From Vairimorpha necatrix (Eukaryota): a stretch of 64,000 nucleotides of DNA. The notes beneath the pieces are model-generated. The model did not search any database and was not told the origin of the DNA. It saw nothing but the letters and a program-made list of their open reading frames with translations. Where the stretch lies: positions 992,001-1,056,000 of the forward strand of contig CP142731.1 of assembly GCA_036630325.1 (NCBI GenBank). The letters run 5' to 3'. Of the stretch, positions 1 through 12,318 are shown one piece after another. The translations under genes were made by a program, and so were the position numbers. Each line of letters begins with the position of its first letter. The first letter of the stretch is position 1.

Positions 1-147
1 TCATTATGGTTCTTAAATGTACTTACCATGAGTTACGATTAGCTTCATAATATACGTTTTTATAAGAATTTTCTTTTATTTACATTAATTGATTTACAAA
101 AACAATGAAAATTTTATTTTTTATTGGTGCTATTTTTTTGCCCATAA

Positions 148-1128
148 ATGATCCTCATAATTTTTTTTTCTATATTTTTAGTAGTACAACCTAATATTGC
201 TGTATTTAATGAAATAAAAGATACGATGATCAGGAAAATAAAATGTAAAGATTATTTATCCTTTGATCCTGACAAGAAATATAATTTAGTAAGTATTTCT
301 AAGAATAAAAATGAAAAAACAGAAAACATGATAAGAATTATATTATCAATCGGGAACGTACAACCCGCCCTAAACTATACCTTCTATGTTTATTGTGATG
401 ATAAATCTATAAACGTAATAATAGATGAAATGGAGATTAGTCTGAAAAGATTATTAAATTTCCCATATAGTAACGCAATAATATTGATGTATGAGGAAGG
501 TGAAATGAAAACATTTATAAATAACGACAAGTCCATAACTATTGGCGATGTTATAGAATATATGAAACAAGCAAATAATATCAGAAAAGATGGATATGAA
601 ATATATTATGAAAATATTTATTTGATGAATTCTCTATTAGCTAAAACTATTCATAAAAAAGAGATCTATGATGATAAAGATAATACAATGGGAGCTTGCC
701 TTGATATCATTTTTAAATACACAGACAAGCCTATGTACTTTATTAAATTTTATGTCCAAACAAAATATAATTATAATTTATTTGATATCTGTATTGAAAA
801 TCCTTTTAAAATCGTAGATTTGGATATGGTTCCTTATGACACAAATGAAATTGAAATCATTCAAAAACTTGTTGAACTGAATAAATTATCACATGATAAT
901 TTTGAAAGACTCTATTTGAAAGCGTATATTATACCAATTTATAGTACATCGAATATAATTGAAATACTTTATAAAGGTCTATATTTTAAAATAGAACTAG
1001 ATTCCGAAAAAATACGTCTTAAATATAATGATATAGAATGTTTTATATATTTGGAAGATGGATGTAAAATTAATTCCATTGATCATAATTGCTTTACAGA
1101 ATTCCAGCAAATTATAAAAATTTTTTAA
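148..1128 (+). CDS. Hypothetical protein with N-terminal hydrophobic signal peptide; probably the 5' part of a longer disrupted gene
   Basis: 326-aa ORF; CCC motif (gcccataaATG) before the start; hydrophobic N-terminus MILIIFFSIFLVV; coding-like ORFs continue downstream in alternating frames. Confidence 0.6.
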   Translation: MILIIFFSIFLVVQPNIAVFNEIKDTMIRKIKCKDYLSFDPDKKYNLVSISKNKNEKTENMIRIILSIGNVQPALNYTFYVYCDDKSINVIIDEMEISLKRLLNFPYSNAIILMYEEGEMKTFINNDKSITIGDVIEYMKQANNIRKDGYEIYYENIYLMNSLLAKTIHKKEIYDDKDNTMGACLDIIFKYTDKPMYFIKFYVQTKYNYNLFDICIENPFKIVDLDMVPYDTNEIEIIQKLVELNKLSHDNFERLYLKAYIIPIYSTSNIIEILYKGLYFKIELDSEKIRLKYNDIECFIYLEDGCKINSIDHNCFTEFQQIIKIF

Positions 1129-2315
1129 CTATGAATAATTCTGATGATATTAGAACAGTTAAATTGTTTTATCACTTATTAGAGGATAATGACAAGTTAG
1201 AGCTACTTATAAAGAGAATTATAATAAAAAAAGAATCTGCTATATTTATTTTATTTCATTTGTTAATGTTTAAAGAAGTCATAGATCAAGAATTTCTAGA
1301 TTTTTAATATAAGAGAAGAAATAAATGAAATTGTAATGACGGAAATATACAGTATAGTTTGCAGACATGTATCTAAGTTAAATGACCCAAGCTTATATTT
1401 AATTCAAATTTGTGTATTACTTGAAGCAGAAAGCTATGTTAATGAAACTAACGTAAGTGAGGATTCCATATACAAAAATTTAAAAGACATTTATAACCTT
1501 ATCGAAACAAAGAAAAATATTCAAAAAAATATAGATTTAATTAAAACAATGAAGGAATTAGCAGGGGGTCATTTTGATAATTTTAAAAAGTATAAAGAAA
1601 ATGTTTACATAGAAATATGTGCAATAGCATCATTATTTTGTGGATTGAATAAAAATACTTTTTTCAAGCATGATACACGTTTATTATCAAAAAGTGACAT
1701 TTGTAGTAGCCTAAATCTCGATGAAAATGAGATACAAAAAAACATTGAAAGTATTAGATCTAAGTTAAGAGAAAATTACAATGAAGATATTAAATATGAA
1801 AATCTAAGAAATAAAAAGAAAACCGAATTGAAAGAAGCAGCAGAAACATTAGAAAAGCATCCTCTAAATGAAAAATTAAAGGAAATATTGAAAAAAGCTC
1901 ATAATACAAATCTTATTAATAATGATATGCCCATTGAAGATTTTGAGAGCAAATTAGTGAATAAGTCCATTAAGATTATTGATAAAATAATCTATGACCC
2001 CGTAATTATAGAAAAAATTGATGAAGAATAAGAAATTACTTAGCATGTAAAACAAAAAATGAAGTTCTAATATATATAAATCAATGTATACGTGAAAATA
2101 TAAAAAACCATTGTAAGGTGTATTTACATCCGTGTCTAAAAAACTCATTAGAAAATGAATTGCATGATCATCACATAAATACAGTGTGTAACAAAAATTT
2201 AAATTATATTCGATCAAGCTTGGGTGAAAAAACATTTATTAGTATTTTTAGTGAGAATTCCGAGGAATTACATGACTTTTTGTTAAAAGTTTTAGAAGAT
2301 CAAAATATAAATTGA
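1089..2315 (+). pseudogene. Probable frameshifted continuation of the 148..1128 gene (ORF pieces 1089-1307, 1336-2031, 2118-2315)
   Basis: Consecutive same-strand ORFs with similar composition, tiny or no gaps, no CCC motifs before their starts; aataaa after 2315. Confidence 0.45.
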
Positions 2316-4360
2316 ATAAATTATTACATATTATTTTATGAAAACTTTTTTATTGTATATTTGTTTTTTATTTTAAAGACATTAAAGAAATGGTTTATGA
2401 ATAAATAATATTGAAATTAAAATTTACAAGGAATACGAGCTAATAGGCAATTGACGAGCTCTTCGAAACGGTTAAATAATACAAAGATTTAGGCTTGTAT
2501 AAAATTACGAACTCACACGCCCTATAATTTTTTTTTATGAACTTAAAAATTAAAGAAAAGTAAAACTCTATCTATGTCCACTTCAAGAAATTATTGCTGT
2601 CAGTATACAATTTAATTTATAGTTACTGAAACTTTAGATTGTTATTGATCTTGTACTTTTTGTAGGAATAAGAAAAAACTTATCTAAAATACATCATACA
2701 CATTTGGACCATGTAATTTAAATAAAAATATAAGTGCAGAAAACCGCTTAAAATTTTTTCAAATCAAAGAATTTTAATTTTTGCAATAATAGAAACAAGA
2801 AGCTTCTTACAATGTTAAATATGTACATGTGATTTTTAAAAGCAGAATATGAACGAAAGTAATACACTCAACTTATCAAAAAATAAAACGTGACAAACAA
2901 GGTTATATTTAAGCGAAGACTAAACCTTTAAAAGTATTGTCTTTGGTTGCAAAAATTTACAAATCTGTAAATTCGTCATTTATAAGGCAATCTTGATATG
3001 TTCCCCTCGGTATCAGACAACTATATAAATGTATCACTAGGATTTTATAATATTTGAAGAATTATTGTTAGAATGTCTCTTAATGTTCTTCAAATCATAG
3101 ATACAACAATATGTGATTTTATTGGCATATATGTATGACTGGACCATTAGTTTTTATAGATAATCATTTTTATTATTGAGCATTAATTGTAGTTTCTTTT
3201 GTATGCATATTTGTAAAATGTTAAATCGCCTTATGTATAAAAAATGTTTTAACATGTCTAACATTAAAATTTTTGTCTAAAACGAAGTTGTAGATGATTT
3301 TAATAATCTGTTTTTTAGGTGTTAGTAAGTGCGAAAAGGTTAACATAAATAAAGGATAATATGATAAAAAATTTAACTTCGCTAAGACAATAATAATTTT
3401 TTTGTTATTTTTAATTATGCTTACACGTCGTTGCGCTTATAAACACGTAGACTTGGTGATCTTCTATTTTTTATCTTAATTTGAGTTTTTCAAATAACTT
3501 ACAAAATTTATTTATTATTTTTGACGGTCGAAATATAGATAATACACCGATTAAAAACAAACTCATCTATATTTGATCATTTGCGATCATTTTGTATTGC
3601 TTAAAACACCATAGAGAAAGGCCTTGTTTAAATAGGCTCTTTAAAAAACAATGACCGGTTTTTTTCTCCTCGCGACCATATTCCAGAGAGATGCTGCCAA
3701 GAGATTTACTAATAAAAAAAAATCTATGATTGTGCATTTAAAATTTAACTTTTTACACTTTCTTGCTATTGCTTTTTATGAACAAATAAAAACAAACTCC
3801 TTTATTGTATAGCATTAGGAGAAATTTATTTATTTTGTTACAATTTAAGTATGAAATTTATGTTTTTTTTTAGTATAATAAAGTTTTAATTGTAAATTAT
3901 CGAATTTAAATTATACAATAAAATGTATTCTATTGTATAAGGTAAAAATTATCTATGTACAAATATTAGATATAAAGATATAATTTTTTAAATTTCGAAT
4001 TTAAACTATAACGAAAAATTTTAGTTTTTCTTACCTAAATACATCCAATAATAAAAGGATAAATATATGAACGCATATACTTGTTTTAGACTCATCATAA
4101 TATTTTATACATCGATGTCTTAAATATAATTTTATTTCCCTAATTCTAACACATATTCTACTTTCTCCTGATGACTACTTTTTATAATTTTTTTTGTAAA
4201 TCTATTCTAACGATTCTATTCGTCAATATGAATTAGATCACACACGTCAGAATTTTTAAAATTCCAACTCCCTAAACTTTCTTTATTATCATAGAATGTA
4301 TTTAATATTCTCCTATTTATTGTTTTTTTTATTTATATATGTTTTCAATTAATATAGGGT

Positions 4361-5050
4361 ATGAAATTATCCAGGTACTCGCCTAATAGCAGGAAACCAA
4401 AAATTCTTTTAACGATATTAACAGCAACATTAATTTTACAATTCTTTATTAAGATAAACTTGCTCTGTGCAGCAGCTAGTATAATTATCTTTACGATAAT
4501 AAAAAAATTCAAATTTTTATGTTTTATCATGATTTTTATAGTTTACAGTTACAAACTCGGTATGATATATTTCACGCCATCTAATCCGTTTGTTAAAATG
4601 TATGCATTTTGTATCGAGAATTATAATCCTTCTCCTGATAAAAATGATAGTAATGGTGACAAAGAGAATAAACCAGTTATTGAAAAAGATGACAAAAGTA
4701 ATATTCAGAATAATCCATCTATTAAAAAAAATGACAGTGATGATAATATGAAGAATAATTCTGTTAATAAAAAAGAGAACAGTGATGATAATATAAAAAA
4801 CAAAGCAGTTATTAAAAAAAATGACAAACGTAATAAAAAGAAGAATTCAGCTACTAAAAAAGATAATAGTAATAATAATATTAATAGTAAGTCGTTTTAT
4901 AATGGGAATCCTTTAGGATTACAAAAAGCTGACCTTAGTAAAGAAGATGAAGGTGAACGATTGTTTGAAAATGTGCCGATAAAACTTACAAAAAGTAGTG
5001 TATCGCAAAAATTTGCAAGATGGTTAACTAGTGGAAGATCATTATGGTAA
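4361..5050 (+). CDS. Membrane protein with hydrophobic N-terminus and N/K/D-rich repetitive C-terminus (copy A of a tandem pair)
   Basis: 229-aa ORF; GGG motif (atagggtATG); hydrophobic stretches; degenerate ~14-aa repeats such as NNPSIKKNDSDDNM. Confidence 0.7.
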   Translation: MKLSRYSPNSRKPKILLTILTATLILQFFIKINLLCAAASIIIFTIIKKFKFLCFIMIFIVYSYKLGMIYFTPSNPFVKMYAFCIENYNPSPDKNDSNGDKENKPVIEKDDKSNIQNNPSIKKNDSDDNMKNNSVNKKENSDDNIKNKAVIKKNDKRNKKKNSATKKDNSNNNINSKSFYNGNPLGLQKADLSKEDEGERLFENVPIKLTKSSVSQKFARWLTSGRSLW

Positions 5051-6502
5051 AATTAAACATAAATTTAGTTTTTAGAGAGTAAAACTACAGATTTACGATT
5101 CAAATAATAAATTCAAAATATTTTAGAAAGTATAAAAAACTCGTTTTTATTATATATATTTGTTTATTAAAAAAAGTAATACATATAAAATTTTATAATT
5201 CAAAGTATGTGCTTTACATAAACCATTAATATCTAGACCTAGTCCCCAAAATATTCTTTGTGTTCGTTCAAATTATCTACAAAATATATGATCTTCAATA
5301 CCCAAATGTAATCGAACAGTCTTCTTTTTTAAATAAATTATACGAAATATTATATAAATGGTTTATATATAAATATATATTATTTGGTTGGCTTTAATAA
5401 ACATCTCCAGCAAGAATTTTGGTATTTAGTTAATCTACATTAGTTTTATCAGCACAATAGTTTGTGCTTAGAAAAAGTATTTAAGGTAACACAAAATACT
5501 GACATGAACAAGAAAAGGGAGTTTTTTTGATCAAATTTCTGTAATGTTCTTTTATATTAAAAAGATTATAATTTCAAGATTATTTATTTATTTCAAATAA
5601 CTAAATTATAAACAAGTATATGATTTACAGATATATAGTTGTTTTCATTAATAACTATCTATATGTATATTTTGCATAGGATAAGAGTTAATATAAGTCT
5701 CAAACAAGTACACTATGGTTGTTTTGTATACATGTAAATCATATTTCTTGTTCTTAAAATTAAAGATTTCATATATACTTAAAAAAAATCTTGTTTTAAC
5801 TAAGATTTTATATTCAACAAAGTAATTAAATTAATTCAATTTTTTTAGTAAAAATATCATATAACGGCCTATATCTAGAACATTGGATATGATTTATACA
5901 ATAGAAATTGTTTCTACTATTAAAATAAACATTACAACTATTACTAAATAAAATAGTTTTAAAAGGTATGATTTTTTTAGTTTATAAAAATAATAGAAAA
6001 TTAGTTTTTTATATTAGTACTGTCAATTGTTTTATTTGAATTTTCCATCTCCTTTTTTGAAAATGATTTGAAATAGTTTAAGTAGCTAATCAAATACATC
6101 CATTTGTCGAAAGATGATTGGTCGGACTACGACAAGAATTGTGTCTTTTTTTACATTAATGAATTCAACTATAACAAAAAACTTTAATTTATACCTAAAT
6201 ACATTTAATATTAAAAGAAAATATTTAATCTCGTATACTCGTATCATTATATTTTCTATGTTGATGATTAAATTATTCTTTTTTTACTTGATTCTGACTC
6301 ATATTCTACTTTACTCCTGATGACTAAATTTTACATATTTCTCTTATAAATCTAATGATTCTATTCGTCAATATGAATTGGATCACCACACGTCAGTATT
6401 TTTAAACTTCCCAGCACCAAAAACTATCTTTATTATCATATAATGTATTTAAATTTTCCTCCTATTTTTTCTTTATATATAGTTTCAAATTTTGAATAGG
6501 GT

Positions 6503-6993
6503 ATGAACTTACTAAGTTACTCATCTTATATGTTAATCTCACAATTTTTTTTAATGGTATTAACAGCTACATTAATTATACAACTTTTTATTAAGATAAA
6601 CTTTTACTGTGTAGCGACTAGTATAATTATCTTAACGATCATAAAAAAATTCAAATTTTTATGTATTATTATGGTTTTTGTAGTTTACAGTTACAAACTT
6701 GGTATGATAAATTGTATGCCATCTAATCCGTTTAATAATATATATGTATTTTGTAAAGAGATCTATAATGAATCTATTAAAAAAATATTACAATAGTAAT
6801 ATAAAGAATAAACCAGTTATCGAAAATGATAATAGTAATAATAATAGTAAGTTGTTTTATAATGCAAATCCTTTATGATTACAAAAAGCTGACCTTAGTA
6901 AAGAAGATGAAGGTGAACGGTTGTTTTAGAATGTGCCGAAAAAACTTACAAAAATTTGCGAGATGGATAATTAGTGGAAGATTATTATGGTAT
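6503..6993 (+). pseudogene. Degraded paralogue (copy B) of 4361..5050
   Basis: First ~90 aa align with copy A (LTATLIIQLFIKIN...YSYKLGMI); the ORF stops at 6796, but DNA homology to the copy A 3' part continues with stops (ctttatgatt vs ctttaggatt). Confidence 0.75.
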
Positions 6994-8571
6994 AATAAAT
7001 TATAAATTTAATATTAAGTGAATATTACTACAGATTTAAATCCAAATAATAATTTCAAATTTTTATAAAAAGTATAAGAAACTCGTTTCTATTAAAAAAT
7101 TTTATTATTAAAAGTTTTATATAAAATACATTTTAAATTTTGAGATAAATGCCTCGACCTAACCCACTAATATGTAGATAAAGCACCAAAATATGCTTTA
7201 TATTGGTTGAAAATGACCAACAAATACCTCTAAATATATGATCCTCAGCCCCAAATACCTAGATAAAAACCTTTCTTCTTTGCCATATAAACCATACGAA
7301 ATGTGACTTAAAAGATTTATACTTTATATAAATATTATTTGGTTTTCTTTCATAATCTTTTTTTTATAAAAATAAATTAATGTATTAAATCAAATTGATC
7401 TATCAGTTTTTTATTAAAAATAAGTATTGAAAACAATACAAAATTCTAATTTTACAAGAGAAGAGGTTTTTATGATTTAGATGTTAGCAATGCTATTTTA
7501 TAAATAAAAAGATTAAAATGTCAAGATTATATTTTTAACGAAAAAATAAATCATAAGACAAGTATAAAATTCACAGATGTGTAAGTGTAGGCAATAAATA
7601 TTAAATAAATTTATCTTTAACACATGGTGTATAAAATTTAATGGGTCTTAAATAACCGCATTGGGGGTATTTTTGATACATGTTGTAGGAATAGCTACAC
7701 ATGTCAAATATATGGTGTCATTGTTTTGACATATTTGACATGCTGTTTCTTTAAATATTTTATAATAATTAAACCGATGTTTTTATCCCAACACATGTAA
7801 AATGATATTATTTTTTTCTAAAAATTTTAGGTTTTATTTTTATAAATGGAAAAAAATCTTGTATTAATTATAAGCATTACTGACAGTTGTAATTGAATTA
7901 ATTTAATTTTTTTTACAATTCATAATTTAGAGAATCATGATGTGATTGTTTGCATCCAAATTTGTTTCTACTATTAAAATAAAAAGTACAACTGTTACTA
8001 AATAAAATTCTTCAAAAAGGTATAATTAGTTTTTTATAATATCGCAATTTTTATCTGATCAAATATATTTCGTTTTTTTCTTAATTGGTTGACTATTATA
8101 GACAGTCTTATAATATTAAATTACAGATTATATTAAAATGACAGTTTGATCTAAAGTATTAGTTACTTGACAGGTAACTTTAAAGTAATAGCAAAATATT
8201 TTTTCAGATACTTTACAAGTTTTTAAATTTAATATTCGCTGTCATAGTCTTTTAAAAGATCATAGGGCGAATATATTACAATACTATAAATAGTTATATA
8301 AGTCGCACATGTTTTTTTTATCTTTTAAAAATAACACAACAGTAAGAGACTTCATTTCTTCTAAGAAGACTGCTTTTAATCCCGTAATTCCTAAGTCTTA
8401 CGGGTTACTTAGATGAATAATTTATTTTAAAATAGCGGCTTCGTTTGCTCTATAACATTCCCATTTACAAGGGACAATTTTTTTATCTCTTAGATTTTTT
8501 TTTCTTTTGGGTTTGTTTACACTAAACATAAGTTATACTATATATATATTCCTTTTATATCCCCTTTTATA

Positions 8572-11445
8572 ATGGGTAATACTTCTTCTAAGATTCCTAC
8601 TCTCCAAATATTAAAAGTCACAGAGAACAGTGTATCTCATAGATTTAATATTTTGCCTTACATGCACACCATCTTACAAATTAATAACAAGCCCGTCAGT
8701 GAAGCCACTGACGGACTAGAAATAGTAAGACAGTGGGAAGAAGGAGATTTAGATCTTCTTATTAGAGATCTAAGAATTAATACTAATATTAATATTATAG
8801 TACCCAAGAAAGAGTCTGACTCCAGACTTGGTATGAGTGTAAATTACAGTGAAGATATAGTCAATTTATTTACAATAAAAATCTTGAAGATTATTGACGG
8901 GTCTCCTGCTCAACAGTGTGGCCTGTTGATTTATGACTATATCTTGGGTGTAGAAGGGGAGCCTATAGAGAATGAGAACATGTTACTGAAATATATAGAA
9001 AAGAAGAAGAAGACAGGAATGACACTCTTAGTATTCAATGAGAAGATGAATTTTATAAGGAGAGTAAACTTTATAGTGAAAAGTGGACTGAGTCTCTTTG
9101 GGTGTAAAATAGGCATGGGAATATTGTACGGGATACCAAATGATAAGAGAGAAATAAAGACAGAATATGATGAAGAAAAGATAAGAAAGAAGATAGAGGA
9201 ATTTAAAGAGCAACATGGGGAAGATATAAGTGACGACGAGAGATCTAAAGAACCAGATACAAATACTAAAGAAGATATAAGTAAGAAAGAAGATATAAGT
9301 CAAATATTTGATCAAGGAGATATTAATGAAGAATTTACAATACGAGATATAAACAGGAGTGAGGAGAAAGGCCAAGATATCAAGGAAAACAAGAGCGAAA
9401 AATCAAACAAAGAAATATCTAGCGAAGTAAGTCAAAAACATGTAGATACTAATATTAAGAAAGAATTAGAGACAGAAGACAAAGAAGAAACTAAAAGCGA
9501 AACAAGTGAAAAACCAAAGAGCCAACTCAAAGAACATGTAGATAGTGAAATTAAGGAAGAGATAAAGACAGAAAATAAAGAAGAAACTAAGAGCGAATTA
9601 AAAGATGAACCAAAGACAGAAAATAAAGAAGAAACTAAGAGCGAAATAAGCGAAAAACCAAAGAGAGAACTGAAAGAACATGTAGATAGTGAAAACAAGG
9701 AAGAGATAAAGACAGAAGCCAAAGAAGAAACTAAGAGCGAAATTAAGGAGCCATCGAAGACTAAAATTAGCGAGGAACCAAAGACAGAAGCAAAAGAAAA
9801 ATCAAAGAGCGAAATAAGTCAAAAACATGTAGATAGTGAAATTAAGAACGAACCAAGAGCAGAAATCAAGAAAGAAACGCCCAAGACAGAAACAAGCGAA
9901 AAATCAAACAAAGAAATATCTAGCGAAGTAAGTCAAAAACATGTAGATAGTAAAATTAAAGAAGAATTAGAGACAGAAGCCAAAGAAGAAATAAATAGCG
10001 AAATTAAGGAAGAGTCAAAGAACGAACTGAAAGAAAATGTAGATAGTAAAATTAAAGACGAACCAAGGGCAGAAGCCAAAGAAGAAATAAATAGCGCATT
10101 TAAGGGAGAGTCAAAGACAGAAAATAAAGAAGGAATTAAGAGCGAAACTGAAGATGAACAAAAGACAAGCGAAATAAGTCAAGAAAATGTAGATAGTGAA
10201 AACAAGGAAGAACTAAAGACAGAAATCAAGAAAGAATTAAAGACAGAAAATAAAGAAGAATTTAAGAGCGAAATTAAGGAAGAGTCAAAGAGCGAACTGA
10301 AAGAACATGTAGATAATGAAAACAAGGAAGAACCAAAGGCAGAAGCCAAAGAAAAAAAGAGCGAAATTAAGGAAGAGTCAAAGACAGAAAATAAAGAAGA
10401 AACTAAGAGCGAAACTGAAGATGAACAAAAGACAAGCGAAATAAGTCAAGAAAATGTAGATATTGAAAACAAGGAAGAACCAAAGGCAGAAATCAAGGAA
10501 GAAACGTCTAACGCAGAAATAAGCGAAAAATCAAAGAGCGAACTGAAAGAAACGCCCTTGGCAGAAAAAGATAAAACTGAAATAAAAGAAGAGTCAAAGA
10601 GTGAGATAAAAGATGTTTCTACGGAAAAGGACAAAGACGAAAAAACTGAGAAAAGGGAAATAAGTAAAAAACATGTAGATAGTAAAATTAAGGAAGAACC
10701 AAAGAACGAAAATAAAGAAGGAATAAATAGCGAAGTTGAAGATGTTTCTGCGGAAATTCTCAAAAAAGAAAAGACTGAGATAAAGGAAAAGCCAAAGAGC
10801 GAAATTGAAGATTCTCTAGAGACCAAAATTGAAGGTGAACCAATTACAGAAGCTAAAGAAGAAACAAAAAGCAAATTCAAAGAACAAACAAAGACAGAAA
10901 TTAAGGAAGAATCAAAGGGCGAATTCAAAGAAGCGTCCTTGGAAATGCGCAATGAAGAATCCCTAGAGACAAAGGAAAGATCTAGCGGACTGAAAGAACA
11001 TGTAGATAATGAAATCACGATAGTAACAAAGGCAGAAATAGACAAGGATAAAAAAGATGAGAAAAACTTAAAGTCTGAAGGTCTAGAGAGCAAGATTAAA
11101 AACAACATAAGTGAAAAGTCAAAGACAGAAATTAGTAACAAATCTGCTACAGTTCAAGCGTATGAAAAATCAGAAAGCCAAACAAATGAAAAGTCAAAGA
11201 CAGAACTAAAAAGCAAGGAAATGCCAAATAAGTCAATAAAAGAAAAACAAAAGACAGAACCTGAGAATGATGAACAATCAAAGAGCAAAATAAGTGAAGA
11301 ACTAATTGACCACCCCAATGAAGAAAATATTGGAAAATCAAAGTCAGAAATAGGCGAAGAATTGTCCAGTGAAAAAACAAAGGGCGAGATTAAAGAAACC
11401 TCGGAGCATTTTCACTTTATCCCCCCCCTTACCAATATAAATTGA
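8572..11445 (+). CDS. GRH1: GRASP55/65 (Grh1) family Golgi protein with long E/K/S-rich repetitive tail; truncated by a TIR insertion
   Basis: MG N-terminus (possible myristoylation); two PDZ-like repeats (ILKVTENS...ILQINN; ILKIIDGSPAQQCGL..YDYILGV); FGCKIGMGILYGIP resembles GRASP LGCxIGYGYLHRIP; CCC motif before ATG; the last ~13 aa come from the insertion. Confidence 0.8.
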   Translation: MGNTSSKIPTLQILKVTENSVSHRFNILPYMHTILQINNKPVSEATDGLEIVRQWEEGDLDLLIRDLRINTNINIIVPKKESDSRLGMSVNYSEDIVNLFTIKILKIIDGSPAQQCGLLIYDYILGVEGEPIENENMLLKYIEKKKKTGMTLLVFNEKMNFIRRVNFIVKSGLSLFGCKIGMGILYGIPNDKREIKTEYDEEKIRKKIEEFKEQHGEDISDDERSKEPDTNTKEDISKKEDISQIFDQGDINEEFTIRDINRSEEKGQDIKENKSEKSNKEISSEVSQKHVDTNIKKELETEDKEETKSETSEKPKSQLKEHVDSEIKEEIKTENKEETKSELKDEPKTENKEETKSEISEKPKRELKEHVDSENKEEIKTEAKEETKSEIKEPSKTKISEEPKTEAKEKSKSEISQKHVDSEIKNEPRAEIKKETPKTETSEKSNKEISSEVSQKHVDSKIKEELETEAKEEINSEIKEESKNELKENVDSKIKDEPRAEAKEEINSAFKGESKTENKEGIKSETEDEQKTSEISQENVDSENKEELKTEIKKELKTENKEEFKSEIKEESKSELKEHVDNENKEEPKAEAKEKKSEIKEESKTENKEETKSETEDEQKTSEISQENVDIENKEEPKAEIKEETSNAEISEKSKSELKETPLAEKDKTEIKEESKSEIKDVSTEKDKDEKTEKREISKKHVDSKIKEEPKNENKEGINSEVEDVSAEILKKEKTEIKEKPKSEIEDSLETKIEGEPITEAKEETKSKFKEQTKTEIKEESKGEFKEASLEMRNEESLETKERSSGLKEHVDNEITIVTKAEIDKDKKDEKNLKSEGLESKIKNNISEKSKTEISNKSATVQAYEKSESQTNEKSKTELKSKEMPNKSIKEKQKTEPENDEQSKSKISEELIDHPNEENIGKSKSEIGEELSSEKTKGEIKETSEHFHFIPPLTNIN

Positions 11446-12267
11446 GAATTTTTAAAAAATATCCCCTTTTTTCGAAATTCGAAGCGGAAAAAATGTGAAG
11501 GAGCAAAAGTCAAAAAAATAAAGTTGTAATAAAATAGCATATTTACCAAAAATAAAACAATTGTTTTTTCGTTTTTTTTTTTTCAATTTTTTAAAAGTTT
11601 CCTTCTTCCAATTATTGATCAAGATTTATCTTTATTGTACATTGCAATGTATAACAACGAAATCTCTATATAAATAATATTTATAAGGTTCATTTGCTGT
11701 TATAAATGAATATTTTTCAAGAATTAAAGAATTTCCCAAACATGTAATGTTTTACTTTTGGAGCTAAAATATAACATATCTTATTAAATTGACATTCTAT
11801 GCGATTCAATAATTCTTAAAAGAGCATAAATATAACATTATTTTTACTTTGTTTGTCTAGAAAAACCAATAAAAACCTAAAAAACAAGACTAATAAATAT
11901 ACTACCAAACTAAGAATAACCTAACCTAGAATCTGTTTTAAACAACATAAACTGTGTATAAACATGTTTATCTTTGGCAAAAATTAAATGTAATGACAAA
12001 AGAAAGCAATAGGTTAAAACATATTTTTACAAATTTAGACTTCTATTTAACTCATAGTTTATTAGAAAACATTATTAAATTGGTTTAAATAATATATTTT
12101 TTATAAATTATGTTCAAATTAGATATTTATAAGACCATTTTTTTACTTATGTAAATTTTTCTCTGTTCCTTTCCGCTCTGGACGCTTCGACTTTTGAAAA
12201 ACAGGGCTAAAAATAAAAAATTCTGTATTTATATTGGTAAGGGGGGGGGATAAAGTGAAAATTAGCC
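11403..12267. mobile_element. Non-autonomous TIR DNA element (MITE, Mutator- or Merlin-like) inserted in the GRASP gene
   Basis: Imperfect ~85-bp TIRs (GGAGCATTTTCACTTTATCCCCCCCCTTACCAATATAAAT vs revcomp GGCTAATTTTCACTTTATCCCCCCCCCTTACCAATATAAAT); TSD gaaacctc at 11395-11402 and 12268-12275 (extendable to 9 bp gaaacctcg); AT-rich non-coding interior. Confidence 0.92.
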
Positions 12268-12318
12268 GAAACCTCGACAACTTTAAAGAGCGAAATTTCA
12301 GAAGCTGAAAAGAGCGAA

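Larger units (their letters stand above)
4000..8035. repeat. Tandem segmental duplication, ~2.1-kb unit (approx. 4000-5980 and 6165-8035)
   Basis: Shared blocks upstream (ctattcgtcaatatgaatt; ctttattatcata), in the gene (acaaaaagctgaccttagtaaagaagatgaaggtgaacg) and downstream (tgtttctactattaaaataaa...ttactaaataaaat); ends approximate. Confidence 0.85.

Noticed and set aside
11403-12275. Spliceosomal intron in GRASP
   Set aside because: No GT..AG at the junctions; TIRs and TSD indicate a DNA transposon
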